64,000 nucleotides of DNA from Candidatus Aenigmatarchaeota archaeon (GTDB taxonomy: Archaea > Aenigmatarchaeota > Aenigmatarchaeia > QMZP01 > QMZT01), in contig CAVSBQ010000002.1 in NCBI GenBank assembly GCA_963726265.1, positions 736,001 to 800,000 of the forward strand, written 5' to 3'. A program made the position numbers and the translations under genes. Within the stretch, counting starts at the first letter, position 1. The number at the start of each line of letters is the position of its first letter. The notes beneath the pieces are model-generated. The model did no database searches and was not told the origin of the DNA. It saw nothing but the letters and a program-made list of their open reading frames with translations. Positions 10,901 to 25,900 of this stretch are shown piece by piece.

Positions 10901-13900
10901 ACGGGCTCGGAGCCATGGACCCTGAGAAACTACACCAACTGCACGCTTTGCGCCAACACGTACGTGAACTTCTCGCTGTTCCACAACTGCTCCTTCCTCG
11001 GCAACACGTATTATTTCAAGTTCAACGGCACCGACATGAACTACAGCGGCCAGTACGACCTCTCCGGCACGTCGAGCTCGCAGACCTACGATGTCGAAAA
11101 GGATAACGTGAGCGTTTCATTCGTCGCAGGAAGCAACAACGTAGTCAACCGTTCCGGGACGCAGTTCACCAACGAGACCATGATAACCAGGGTCTACGAC
11201 ACCGACAACAAGACGTACGTGGGTTCCGGGGTTTACGGTAAGCTGTGGATCAGATATAATGTAAGCGCTGGTTACGACGGAGGCCTTGAAAACACGACTG
11301 ACGGCAGCGGTTATCTGCGCTTCAACTTCAATCCCGGCTGCGGCTATACAGTCGGCTTCCATAACTGGACTTCGGGCACGACAGTAAACACGTGCTACGA
11401 CGAAGAGAACATGACAACCCCCTCGAATCTCACGATAATCGGCGAACTCATACACACGTTCGACAACGCCAGCTGCGGCGGCAAGGATTACTGCCTGGAC
11501 GGCGAGAACGTCACAATATACATAAACATTAGCGACGACTGCAACGTCTCCGTCTCCGACGCCAGCATGAACATATCCGTTTCGCACGATGTATTTTCGG
11601 CGAATTGCAGCAGCGTCCAGGCGCTCGGCAGCGGGCGCTACAACTGCACCCTTAACATGACCAGCCTGCCCGGAGGCTACTACAACGTCACCGCCGCCAG
11701 CGCAAGGACCTATTTCAACGCGAATTCGACGAAGTTCGTCAACGCGTTCTTCAGGCAGGTCGCGCCATCCCTGAACAACGAGAACGTCGACCCCTCCTCC
11801 ACCTACTGGGCCAGGACCGTTGCAGGCGGACCCAACTTCGCATTCCACGTCAACGTGAGCGACGATGACGACACGCTCACGCTTGAGCTCTGGGAATACA
11901 AGAATTCCACCAGCGGCCCGTGGCAGCTCGCCAACTCGACAGTGCTTTCCGACAGCGTGGGCTATAACGCAACGCGTATCAGGACGTATTATTCCTCTGA
12001 CATAGGTATCTGGTACTGGAAGTTCAACGTCACTGACCAGAGAGGCCTCACATACGAGACCGCGAACCACACACTCGAGGTCACGAAGAGGGCGCTCAAC
12101 ATAAGCCTTCTGGCGGGCAACGAATCGAACGTGACGAGCGTGGGCACCAACAGCACGGAACTGGCCGTAAGCGTGAAGGACGCCGTTGACGGCCAGAACG
12201 TCACGCTTCCCACGTACAAGAAATTCTGGGTCACCACCAACGGCGTCAGCTGGGGTCCGGCGCAGGACATCTCGATTCCGGGTTTCGGCTACATGAACAG
12301 GATATTCGAGCCCGACTGCCCGACCTATTACACCGGAAGGCAGCTGTGGAAGGCGGGCGTAGCCGGCCATACGCAATATTATGATGCCAATTCGAGCAGC
12401 TACGTGCTGTATATATATTCGCAGATGTACCTCAACGTGACGTATCCCAATAACGTGTCCTTTGTCAAGGACAGCTGGGTTCTGATAAACGGGACCATCA
12501 TCGACGAGTGCAGGAACGTTTCCGCCGCGACTGTCAAATTCATATCAGTTAACCAGTATGGCACGGATATTTCGCCGCCATGCACGGCAAACAACTACAC
12601 CGGAGGCATATACAACTGCACGCAGGACATGACCGGAGAGGATTTCGGCCTGAACGCATGGTACAACATCACCATGAACGCTTCGCTGGCGTATTACAAC
12701 ACGACGAGCATGACCTTCCCGCACAGGTACAGGCTTGCTTCTTACCCGGACCTCACCTCGCCCGAAGTCGATCCGCCCGGCGAGGGATGGGGCTACAACT
12801 ATTCCTTCAACGTGACGGTCAACGACCAGGATTCCGGCGACGTCGTGAACGTCAGCTTCTGGTCCGCTTCAGCCTCATCAGGCCCGTGGACTTTCCGCGG
12901 CTCGCAGAATTGGACCAGCGACCAGAACGACCACAAATTCGAGTATCGCCAGGCGTTTACCTGCAGCGATTACACGGCGGACTCGAATCACAGGCTCTAC
13001 TACAAATACAACGTCACCGACACCATAAACTTCACCGACGAGACGAGCCCGACGAATTTCATAGAACTTCAAAAAGACGACGTGTGGTTCGCCAACGTGA
13101 CTGGCAGCGGCATAACCATAAACAGGGAGGGAACGGACACGGGCAGGATAGGCGTGCAGGTTTATGATGACGACTCTTACAGCAAAAACAAGCTCGGCTC
13201 CGGCATAATGGTTTCGTTCTGGCTCACCAACGACTCCGCTAATTACGCTTTCAATCTCACGAACACGACCAACGCGAGCGGCTACGTGTTCTATGATTTC
13301 GAGCCGACCTGCAGCTACGCCGCCGGTTCGCAGCTGTGGTTCGGGGGGACGGAAAATTCGACCTGCTACAAAATGACAAACCAGAGCCAAGGTTCGCAGA
13401 GTCTCGTGGTCCGCGGTCAGTTCAAGAACAATCTCCAGACGCCGGCCAATGGGACGCGCTTCAACGTGACCAACGGCATAACAGTAAGGTTCAACATCTC
13501 CACGGACTGTAGCAACGAGGGCATAGTCAGCGGAGCGACGACGAAAAGCGTGACGCTCATCCATAACCAGACCGGCGCTACATCATCCTGCGTGACGGTC
13601 AACGACGAAGGCAACGGCTGGTACAACTGCACCTGGTCCTCGACAGGTCAGCCCGAGGGCAACTGGAGCATCAACGTCACGACGGGCAAGAACGACTACA
13701 ACCCGAACACGACGGTATGGCTCAACAGGTTCTTCCTCGACAACCGCGGCCAGGCCGCCGAAAACCAGACCTTCGCCCCGTCGCAGGGCGGCTGGGGCAC
13801 GACTTATACTTACAATATCTCCATAGCAGATCCTGAAGGCGACACGGTGACATGCGTCCTGTGGACCAACACCACGGGCTCCGGATGGATAAACAGGGGC

Positions 13901-16900
13901 AGCAGCGCCGTCGCCGGTTCGGGCAACTGCTCGGTGCAGGTGAGCAACTTCAACTACACGGACGTCGGCGCCTCCCAATACAGATTCGCAATCAATGACA
14001 CTTACAACGCGCTTGAGACCGCGAATTTCAGCGGGCCCGTGATAAACAATGACAGCGTTACCGTAATCCACAGCGCGGGCAACAACACGAACGTCAACAG
14101 GAGCATGGACCAGACCACGCTGCTCGGGGTGAGGGTCAACGACACGGACAATGGCCAGCCTACATCCGGCATAGACACGACTTTCTGGGTATCATATACC
14201 AACAATTCCGTGGATTACGACACCGGTTTCCTCAACCAGACCTCTTCGGACGGCTACTCTTATTACAGTTTCAACGCGACATGCGGCTACACGGTCGGCG
14301 TCCACAACTGGAAGGCCGGCGTGACGGATGGCATGATACAACAAGACTAATTCCTCGACCTTCACCGTCAACATAACCGGAGACCTCATACCGACTATCA
14401 TCAGCCCGCTCGGAGGCGTTGCAGGCGTATACCCGCGCGGCCAGAACATAACCCTGCGCGGCTATCTCGCATCGGACTGCCCCTCCGAAACCATGACTGG
14501 CACGCCGTCGACTATGAGATATTCCAACAGCTCGGGCAGCTATTATTGCTCCAATGTCATCGACGACGGCGGAGGCTACTACAACTGCACCTTCAACACG
14601 TCCTCGCTGGCGGTGGGCTGGTATAACCTGACCATGAACTATTCCAGGCAGCATTACAACGCGAATTCGACCACGAAGACCAGCGCCTTCTTCATAGAGA
14701 CCGCGCCAAGGCTCGCCGTCCCGAACATAAGCAAGACACTGGGCGGCTGGGGGGAGACTTACATATTCTCCGTAAACGTGAGCGATGAGGACAGCGATAA
14801 TGTAAGAGTATATGCATGGTACAGGAAGCTTCCAAGCGGTGCATGGACCCAGATAGGCTCCTACAACCAGACCAGCGGCATGAACAAAACCGTTACCTTC
14901 ACCACCTCCTTCCAGTTCACGGACATGGGCAACCTGACGTTCAAGTTCAACGTCACGGACGACGCGGACACCCCCGTTTCTGGCGGCACGCAGTACACCG
15001 ACGAAATCCAGGCGGGCTTCAATTTCACGCTCGAAGCCGACGACGTGACTTTCATTTATGTTGCCGGCAACGAGACCACGATCAACAGGGTCGGAGCTAA
15101 CACCGCCACATTCACACTCTCGCTTTATGATACCGACGTGGGCGCTGCTGTCACGATGAACGAGAACGGCACGTTCTGGGTCACGACGAACGAGAGCGAC
15201 CCAAATTCATGGAGGAGCGCCACACAGAAATTCTTCGTCACAACGCTTAGCTACGACTTCAATCCCGACTGCAATTACCAGACTGGCAAGCAGAAATGGA
15301 AAGGAGGTCTGATAAGCGGCGGCTCGGGCTACTACAAGAACACCAACTCGTCCATCTACAACGTCACCATAACATCCGAATACACTCCATACATATACTA
15401 CCCGAAGGGCAGGAGCTTCGACAGGGATAATCTGTCGATGACAATAACCCTGAGCATGAACCTCACGGACAACGAAGCCGCCTGCGGCCTGGTCAGCGGC
15501 GCCACCGTAATGTTCAACGTCACCAACACCAGCTACGTCCGCCAGGCGACCGACTACGGCACCGGCTGGTACAATTACACCATACCGCAGACAGACTTCG
15601 CGGGCTGGAGCTACGGTTGGTACACTCTTCAGGCAAACGCGACGAGGCAATATTACCCGACCAACGTAAGCACGACTTACCCGGTTCGTTCTATCTTGCA
15701 TCGAGGCCATCTCTCGGTTCGGCAACCTCTGCCAGAGGGTGTCCGTACTGGGGCTGCCCCGCGAACTTCTCCATCGAGGTCACGGACAACGACGGCGGCA
15801 ACGTGACGGTCTTCCTGTGGAAGAAGATAGACACGGGCGGCCAGTGGGAATACCTGGGCAACGCGTCCTGCGGTCCGTGCTCAAGCACGCCGCTGCAGAT
15901 AAATTCGTCTTTCGACTGCGGCGACATAGGAACCAACTACTTCAAGTTCAACGCCACGGACAACTGGAACTACACCGCCACAACCGGCGAAAACAGCAAC
16001 CCCTTCAGCGTGAACCCGAATCTCGCTACAGTCTCTTACGTCACGGACGACAGCATCAGCATGACTAGGGAGGGCACATCCGCCTACAATCTTACGGTAT
16101 TCTTCAACGACATAACCAGAAGCCAGCCGGTGCTTACCGGAACGAACGGCACATTCTACGTGACCATGGACGGCACCAGCTTCGGCTTCGATAATGAACA
16201 CCACGACCAACTCCAGCGGCCACCTGAATTACCAGCTCGGGCCCAACTGCTCGTATTCGGTCGGCCTGCAGAGGTGGCACGCTGTCCTTGATAATGATAA
16301 TTGCTATTACGACGCTTCGCCTTCACCCGAAAACTTCACCTTCACCATAGCCGGCCAGCTCAAGAGCAAAATCGACACGCCGGCGCAGGGCTCCCAGTAC
16401 CTTGCGACGAGCCTGATTCCCATAAGATTCAACGTCACTTCCGACTGCATCTCTGAAGAAGGAAGGATATCGAATTCCAGCACGTCGCTCGAGCTTTATT
16501 CGCCCACCGCCGAGTACCAGCAATGCACGCCACTTTACAACGAGAGCGGCTCCAACGCAGGCTACTACAACTGCACGTGGGACTCGGCAGGCGACCTGGT
16601 TGGCATGTGGGGCATAAGGATTAACGCCAGCAAGACAGGCTATAACATCAATTCTACCCTCTACACGAACTGGATAAACCTCACCAACTCCGCGCCAGAG
16701 GGCAGCAACATGGACGTAACGCCAGACCAGGGAGGATGGGGGAGCATTTTCAACTATTCGATAAACGTTTCTGACGCCGACAATGACAACGTCAACTGCA
16801 CGCTCTTCGTATCAACTGACGCGGGCCTTTCATGGACCCAGAAGGGCTCGATGGTAGTCTACGGCGGGCATGACCTCTGCTGGGTCGAGGTCAGCGATTT

Positions 16901-19900
16901 CAGCTGCCTGGATGACATGGGAACCGACAACTACTTCAAGTTCACGCTTTACGACACGAAGGTGCAGATTGAGACAAGCAACATGTCCGGACCCAACATA
17001 ACCGTCGATTCCGTCAGCATAACGCATCTGCAGGGCAACAACCAGAACGTGAACAGGACTGCTCAGCAGATAACGCTCAAGGTCAGCGTCAACGATACAA
17101 CCAAGGGCCAGGGTATCTCATCCGTGCCCGCCTATTTCAACATAACGCGCGATGGCCAGAATTACACCTATCTTTACGAGGCGACTACCGCCTCGGGTAA
17201 TGCCACTCATACCTTCACGCCAGGCTGCGACTTCAACGCGACGCTGCAGAAATGGCACGTCTTCATAAACGACACGTGCTATGCCAACACGAGCAGCTCG
17301 GCCTTCAACATGACCGTATACGGCAGGCTAAACAACAGCATATTGCAGCCGACGGGCGGGGAATACCTGCGCGGCAGCAACGTGACCATACGACTCAACG
17401 TTTCGGATTATTATTGCGGCCAGCTGGCCGCGTCGGTGCTGCCGACAACGATAAACATATCCTCCGTAAGCCAGCTTACTTCCGTCACCTATCCGTGCAC
17501 GCCCATAGTCAATGACGGCGGCGGCTACTACAACTGCACCTTCAACACGTCCTTGATGAACCCGAGGGGCTACAACATAAACGCTTACACCTCAAGGACC
17601 TACTTCAACGCACACAACTACACGATCACTTATACCGCCGGCCAGCCCAAGGGCTTCTTCGTCGACACGGCGCCTCTCCTCACCTATCCGAAGCTCAACA
17701 CGACAGGCTACGACGGCGACGCGGGCGAGAACGGCTCCTGGTCCGAGCCGAGAAAATTCACGGTAAACGTCACCGACGAGGACGGCGACGTATATGTCGC
17801 CGTAAGGCTGTGGAAAAGAGATTACACTGTCGGCTCGGGCTGGGGCAGCTGGCAGCAGGTCGGCTCGGCAAAGAGTTTGAACACTGAAGCCAATAACACA
17901 CTCGTCGAATTTAACGAGGCCGGCAACCTGACGTCTCCTTACAATCCCGATGGCGACCTTGGAATATGGGAGTACAAGTTCAACGTCACCGACAACCCGA
18001 CCATGCCAAAAACCGGCGGAACGACCTACAGTTACCAAATCAACGGGAGCAACTACACGGTCGAGAAGGACGACATGGAGATACATTACTACAGCGGCGG
18101 GGAAGGAAATATCGTATGGAGGAACGGCTCAGATTCAATCATACTCTCCGTGCAGGCATGGTCAGTCGACCAGCAGAAATATATCGACTCCGGCGAGGCG
18201 GACGCCATGGTGTGGATAACAAAGGACCATTCCACTTTCGAGAACGTGACGGCTCCGGGATACCTATCTAACCTCGGCAACGGCACCATCAATCACACGT
18301 TCTTCCCCAACACAGGAGACTGCGCCTACGACGTCGGCGTCCAGTACTGGATAATAGGCGTGGAAAACAACGCCAGATTCAAGGACACGAACTCGAGCGG
18401 CAACGAGAACGTCAGCATATGGACTTTCCTGAATGGGTCCATAAACTCTCCTGACGGCGAAGTCTATCTGAAGGACCCGAACATCAACGTTACCTTCAAC
18501 ATGAGCGTCTGGGACGAGTGTAACGAAGGCGTAACGAGTCCCGACGACGTGAGCATAACGCTTACAGAAATCGAAGGCACACAGAAATACGCCGGCATAA
18601 CTTCCATACAGGACCTCGGAGGAGGGGAATATTTCTACAACTGGAGCACGGAAAACATCGAAACGCTCGGCATGTACAACATGACATTTGCCATGAGCAA
18701 AAATTATTATACCGACCTTTCGCTTTTCCGCAATCCCGCATTCCAGCTGACATCAGCGCCTCAACTATCGTTTAACGTAGACCCTCCGCTTGAAACGTCA
18801 GGCGAAGGCGGCTGGGGAGAGGACTACGACTTCAGGATAGCGGTGATGAAATCTGACGGCCTTCCGTTCAACGTCAGCCTCTGGTACAAGCACAACCAGT
18901 CATCGGAATGGACGCTGCTGAAGATGGTGGAATTGATCAGCGAAGGCTGGAGCAATCCGAGCGACTTCTACAACATGCAGTTCAACTGCACCGACATAAC
19001 GCCGGCGAATGACAACGCCTCCTACAAGTTCAACGCGAGCGACCAGTTCGGCTACACCGCCGAGCTGCCGGCAATAAACTTTACCATATTCAAGGACGAC
19101 GCCGCCGTTTATTACGACGACGCGGGCTCCAACATAATCATAAACAGGGAAGGCTCCTCCACCGGCCTGTTCAGGGTCAGGATAAACGATACCGACAGGT
19201 CACTTGTCGGCGTAGGAAACAACATATCGGGCGTATTTTACGTAACCACAGACAACGTAAACTATCTCACAACCTACCTCAACAGCACTAATGCGGATTC
19301 GAGACTCGTACTGAACTTCGACCCGAACTGCTCGCACGGCTACGGGCCGCAGAAATGGAAAGGCGGAACGTTCGGCGACACATGTTACAAAGACGTGAAC
19401 GTGTCAGAGAGATCATTAACAGTCAACGGCACGCTGAAGAACAACATCCAGCAGCCCAACTGGACCATCGGCCAGCCGTCGTTCAACGTCACGGACCAGA
19501 TCCTGCTCAGGCTTAATACGACCTCCGACTGTTCCGGCGAGGGAATGATATCAGGCAGTTCGGTTAGCTTGTATCTCAAAGCCCCGAATGGAAGCGTATA
19601 CTCATGCACGCCGGTCAACAGCGAAACAGGCGCTGATGCCGGGCGTTATAACTGCACTTGGAATTCGAATGACAAGCCGGAGGGCAACTGGACCGTCAAC
19701 ATGACGTCCACGAGGCAATACTTCCTGCCGAACACGACGACTCTTACCAACTGGTTCTGGCTCGAGAACAAGAACGCGACCGAAACCGACCTCAAGGTCA
19801 CGCCGCCACAGGACGGCTGGACCAGGCTCTACAACTACACCGTCCTGGTCAACGACGCCGACTCCGACGTGGTCAACTGCTCACTATATATCAACAAGTC

Positions 19901-22900
19901 CGACGGCCAGGGCTGGCTATACAAGGGCTCCAACATCCTCTACAACGCAAGCGGCATAGTGAACAGGAACTGTTCCGTCACCGTCCATGACTTCACGGGC
20001 GACGACATCGGCAACAACTCCTTCCGCTTCCTCATCAACGACAGCGAACCCGCGAACGTCCACTACACCTCAACAGCGTATGGCCCGTATCTCGAGGAGG
20101 CGAACACGACAGTGGGTCACCACGCTGGCAATGGCTCGACCGTGAACATATCCGACTATTCCGAGGATTACACCACGCTTCTTTCAGTGCAGGCCAACGA
20201 CACTGACAATGAATCCTTCGCCCCGAATGCCAACGTGACATTCTGGATGTACTATAATCTGACAGCGATGGCACCGGGATATGTCACGCCGACGAACTCG
20301 ACGGGCCATGCCAACTACGATTTCAACCCGGACTGCAACTACTCGGCCGGCAACTGGGAATGGTTCGCTGGCGTGACCGACGCGTATTACGAGGACAAGA
20401 ACACGACGAGGTTTAACGTAACACTTTTAGAAGACATAAACGTGAACCTGATTTCACCGCTTGGGCTGGAGGATGTCAGGGGTAACAACATAACCATAAG
20501 GTTCGGGCTTTATGACTCGTGCAATAGGAACATAACAGGCGTGTCTGGCATCAACATAACGATGTCAAATGATATCACGGGCCAGATATTCAACTGCACC
20601 AATATCATTGGGGAAGGAAACGGCGTATACAACTGCACGTTCAACACTTCGGCCAACCCGGGCATCATGCCAGCGGGGAGTTATGGCATAGAAATAAATT
20701 CATGGAAGCAGTATTACAACCGCGACAATACCAGCCTGCCTTTTATAGGTGATTCCCAGTCTTTCTACATAGAAACTCCGCCATCGCTTTTCAGCGCGAA
20801 GGTGAATGCGAGCCAGTTGGGAGGAAGCGTAGGCTCGTGGTCCGAGGACTGGAACTTCAGCGTAAACGTCACGGACGAGGACGGCGATGAGGTCACGGTC
20901 GTTTTGTGGGAAAGGAAGTACACGTCAGGCTCGGGATGGAGCAGCTGGCAGCCGGTCGGGAGCACAAGCTGCGGGGAGGGAACGGAAATTTGCAACAACA
21001 ATGTCGTTTCCATACCTGTTGATGGTTATACCCACTATAACGGACAGCAACCGACGACGGCGAATGACACTTGGTCATTCAAATTCAACTGCACGGATGA
21101 AGCCGGAAAACCAACTGAGGGCGGAAATCAGTACAGCTACGAAATATCGGGCTATAACTACACGATAGAAAGGGACGACATAAACATAACACTCTACGCC
21201 GGTTATAATACCACTCTGGACAGGAACGGCACGGCGAACTTGACGCTGTCGGTAATGGTCTATGATATAGACCTTGGAAGAAACCTGACCGGAGGCGAGG
21301 CCAAGGGCAATGTGTGGATAAGCAAGAACGGGACCAATCTGGAATACGTGACCCAGGTCAACGTTATCAACGGCTTATTCAGCTACACTTTCCAGCCCGA
21401 AGACTGCAATTACAAGGTGGGAGTGCAGCACTGGATAATAGGGCTAATCAATTACAACAACTGGTTCAAGGTCACCAACGCGACAATGGCCAACATAACG
21501 CTTTACGCCCCCCTAAACGGAACCATAAACACGCCGAATGGTGAGACATATCCCGGAGGGACCTATCCCGGGGAATATATGATCCCAATATGGTTCAGCG
21601 TCTTCGAGATGGATTGCCCTGCGAACTACGTCGGGAATTTGGATAATAAATCTCTGAAAATAAACCCCTCTGACGGAGATCCAAGTTATCCGACTATCCT
21701 TGGTAGCAGCATATATGATTGGAGCAATGGAAGCTACAATTATTCGTGGGATTCAAATAAGGTAAAGGAATGGTATAACATAACGGCAATTCTTGGGGAG
21801 CAATATTATTACCCGATTAATGTAACCAAACCGAATGCATTTGCACTTTCAAGTGCGCCACAACTTTCCTCGCCCTCGCACAGCATCAGCTATCCGGTTG
21901 GCGGTGACGGCGGCTGGGGGGAAACGCATAGGTTTACCGTCTATCAACAGGACGCGGACGGGAACAATCTAACTCTATATTTATGGTACAGGTTCACGCC
22001 ATCGGATACTTGGATTTTGCTTAACCAGACCGTTGTCCAGGGGGATCCTGGGCAGGCCACGCCGTATTTCTATGATTACAGCGGTTTCGACTGCTCGAAC
22101 ATAACGCCCCCCGGTGACAACAGCCAGTTCAAATGGAACGTCACGGATACGGCCAACTTCCACGACGAAACAGACGTGATTAACTTCACCGTCCTGAAGG
22201 ACGACGTGTCAGTGGATTATGTTTCGGGATTCGACCTGAACATAAACAGGGACGGAACCAACAGCGGGCTTTTCGTGGTCCAGATAAACGACACTGACAG
22301 GAACAATGTCGGCGTTGGAGAGGGAGTGCCCGGCATCTTCTACGTGACTACGGACGGAACGAATTTCCTCACCACTTATCAGAACGACAGCACGTCCGAT
22401 TCGATGCTGTCGCTTAACTTCGACCCGAACTGCTCGCACAGCCCTGGCATCCAAAAATGGACCGGAGGCGTCTGGAACGACACGTGCTACAAGGACAGGA
22501 ACATGACGGGTTCGCCGAGGGAGTTCACCGTATACGGCCAGCTCAAGAACAACATCCAGCAGCCCAACTGGACGAGCGGCCAGCCGTCGTTCAACGTCAC
22601 GAACCAGATATTGTTCAGGTTCAATACCACTTCGGACTGTTTGGTCGATGGGCTGGTAAACAACACAGGGACGTCCATATATCTGCATGCGCCCAACGGA
22701 AGCAACTACACCTGCTCGCCCATGAAAAACGAGACCGGCGTGAACGCCGGCTACTACAACTGCACGTGGGACTCCAGCGACAAGCCCGAGGGAAATTGGA
22801 CGCTCAACACGACCTCGGTTAAAACCTACTATTATCAGAACCAAACCATACTTACCAACTGGTTCTGGCTCGAGAACAAGAACGCTACCGAGACCGACCT

Positions 22901-25900
22901 CAAGGTCACGCCGCCACAGGACGGCTGGACCAGGCTCTACAACTACACCGTGCTGATCAACGACGCCGACTCCGACACCGTCAACTGCTCCTTGTACATC
23001 AACAAGTCCGACGGCCAGGGCTGGCTATACAAGGGCTCCAACTTCCTCTACAATGCAAGCGGCATAGTGAACAGGAACTGTTCCGTCACCGTCCATGACT
23101 TCACGGGCGACGACATCGGCAACAACTCCTTCCGCTTCCTCATCAACGACAGCGAACCAGCGAACGTCCACTACACGTCCGTCGCGTATGGCCCGTATCT
23201 CGAGGAGGCGAACACATCAGTATTCCATGGTTACGGCAACATGAGCACCATAAACATATCCGATGCCCTCGCCAACTACACGGGCCTGCTTTCGGTCAGG
23301 GTAAACGATACCGATAACGTAAGCGCGGCGCCAAACGTGAATGTCACGTTCTGGGTTTATTATAACTCGACCACAATCGCTTCAGGCGTGGTTAACAAGA
23401 CGAACTCGACGGGACACGCAAATTATTATTTCAACCCCGACTGCAACTATTCCGCCGGCAACTGGCAGTGGTCTGCAGGGGTCACGGATAATTATTACGA
23501 GGACAAGAACACGACGACGTTCAACGTCACCCTCAAGGAATATATGAATATAAACATACTTTCGCCCCTCGGAAGCGAGCACATCAAGGGCAGCAACATA
23601 ACCATACGCTTCCTTCTGAACGACTCATGCGGCAGGAACATAACCGGAGTGTCCGACATAAACATAACGATGAGGAGCGTGCTCACCGGCATTGTTTTCA
23701 ACTGCACCAATCCTGTCGCGGAAGGCAACGGCTATTACAACTGCACCTTCAACACTTCGCAGAACCCGAGCCCGATGTCCGTGAGGGGATATGACATGGA
23801 GATAGTTTCCGCCAAGCAGTATTACCATCGCCAGAACAATAGCATAAGCTATGCGGCAGGCTCTTCCGGCTTCTTCATAGAAACGGCCCCCCTGCTCGAG
23901 CAGCCCAAACTCAACACCAGCGGCTACGACGGCAACACGGGCGAGAACGGCTCCTGGTCGGAGGAAAGGAACTTCACGGTAAACGTCACCGACGAGGATG
24001 GGGATCAGGTCACAGTAAACCTGTTCAAGAGCCAGTATAACAACGTTTCCGGCTGGGGAGCATGGGAACTGGTGGACACGAAGTTCTTCTCCGATACAAA
24101 TAAGACAAGGGTAACCTTCACGGAAGGGACCTCGGTGTACAACGCACTCGTCCATCTCGGGGTGTGGAAATACAAGTTCAACGCGACCGATGAGGCCACG
24201 AACCCGAACCCGCTGGGAGGAAACACATACTCTCATGAAATAAGCGGCTCAAATTACACGGTGGAAAAGGACGACATGAGCATAACGTACGTTTCAGGCA
24301 GCGGAGGAAGCACATGGAGGAACGGGACAGACAGCAGGATACTTTCAGTGCAGGTAACATCGATCGACCAGAACAGGAACCTTTCGCAGGAAGAGGCCAT
24401 TGCAGTGGTCTGGATTACAAAGAACGGGACAAACTACCAGAATGTCACATCTTTCGAGAGCCAGGACGCCTACAAGACGATGGAGGGCGGCTTCGTGAAC
24501 TACACCCTTGAGCCCGACTGCACTTACAACGTGGGCGTCCAGTACTGGAAGATAGGCATAGTAAACAACCCCAAGTTCAAGGACACCAACGTCACAGGGG
24601 TTTACAACGCTACCATAAACGCCTACCTCAACGGCACAATCATAACGCCTGACGCAGGGGTTTACAGGAGGGCATCTGACGTGAACGTGCCTTTCAACTT
24701 ATCGGTTTTCGATGACTGCAACCGCGGCGTCGACGGCCTTGACAGCACCAACATAACGGTGAAGACCTCAGGAGATCCCCCGAAGTCCAACCTCACTATA
24801 ACCGCTTACGGGAATGGCTCTTATTTCAACAACTGGAGCACGATGACCATATTTACCCTTGGCCTTTACAACATGACTTTCAGGGCAACCGAGCAGTATT
24901 ACACGAGCCTGTATCTCTTCAGGGAGAACGCCTTCAGGCTGGCGACGGCGCCGGAAGTGGAGAACTATGCCCCCTTCATAGATGTTGACAATGACTACGG
25001 CTGGGGGGAGAATTTCAATTTCATAATGAGGTGCAGGAAAGCGGACAGCTTCCCCTTCAACGTGAGCCTGTGGTTCAGGAAAAACCAGACAGCTGACTGG
25101 CAGCTGCTGGAGACGAATGAATGCACTTCGTCAGGAACGACGTGGAATACCTCCGTGTCGCAGGAGCACTTCTCGGACACGTATTTCTCATGCCAGGACA
25201 TAACGCCGTCCCTGGGTAACGCGTCATACAAGTTCAACGCCACCGATGCGTTCGGCTTCACGGCGGAGGCGCCGGCGCTCAACTTCACCATCATCAGGGA
25301 CGACGTCAACGTCTATTACGACAATCAGGGCTCAGGCATAACCATAAACAGGGAGGGCTCCGAGACCGGCCTGCTGCGCGTCAAGGTCAACGATTCCGAC
25401 AGGGGCAACGTTGGAGTCGGAGAGAATGTTTCAGGAGCATTTTTCGTCACCCTTGACGGTTCTTCTTACGGAACCGTTCATCCAAACACCACAACCTCCG
25501 ATTCCAAGCTGGGCATTGATTTTGAACCCAACTGCAGCCACGGCTACGGAACGCAGAAATGGAGGGGCGGGACATGGAACGACGCCTGCTACAAGGACAA
25601 GAACACCAGCCAGGAATATTCCATGACGGTGAGAGGCCAGCTCAAGAACAACATCCAGCGGCCCAACTGGACCAGCGGCCAGCCGTCGTTCAACGTCACA
25701 GACCAGATATTGCTGAGGCTCAACGCCACGTCCGACTGTCCATCGGAAGGGGCGATAGCATCAACGGACGTTGACCTCTACCTCAACGCCCCGAACGGAA
25801 GCGTATACTCCTACACCCAGATGAACAACGAAACGTCCGTGCCCGGATGGTACAACTACACCTGGGACTCCAGCGACATGCCCGAGGGAAATTGGACGCT

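Noticed and set aside
11117..12376. Long antisense ORFs (e.g. 11117..12376, 26665..27603, 38404..39624, 51323..52339, 52793..53923)
   Set aside because: They are shadows of the sense genes caused by strong C/G third-position bias. Their translations are V/R/S/F-rich with no motifs.
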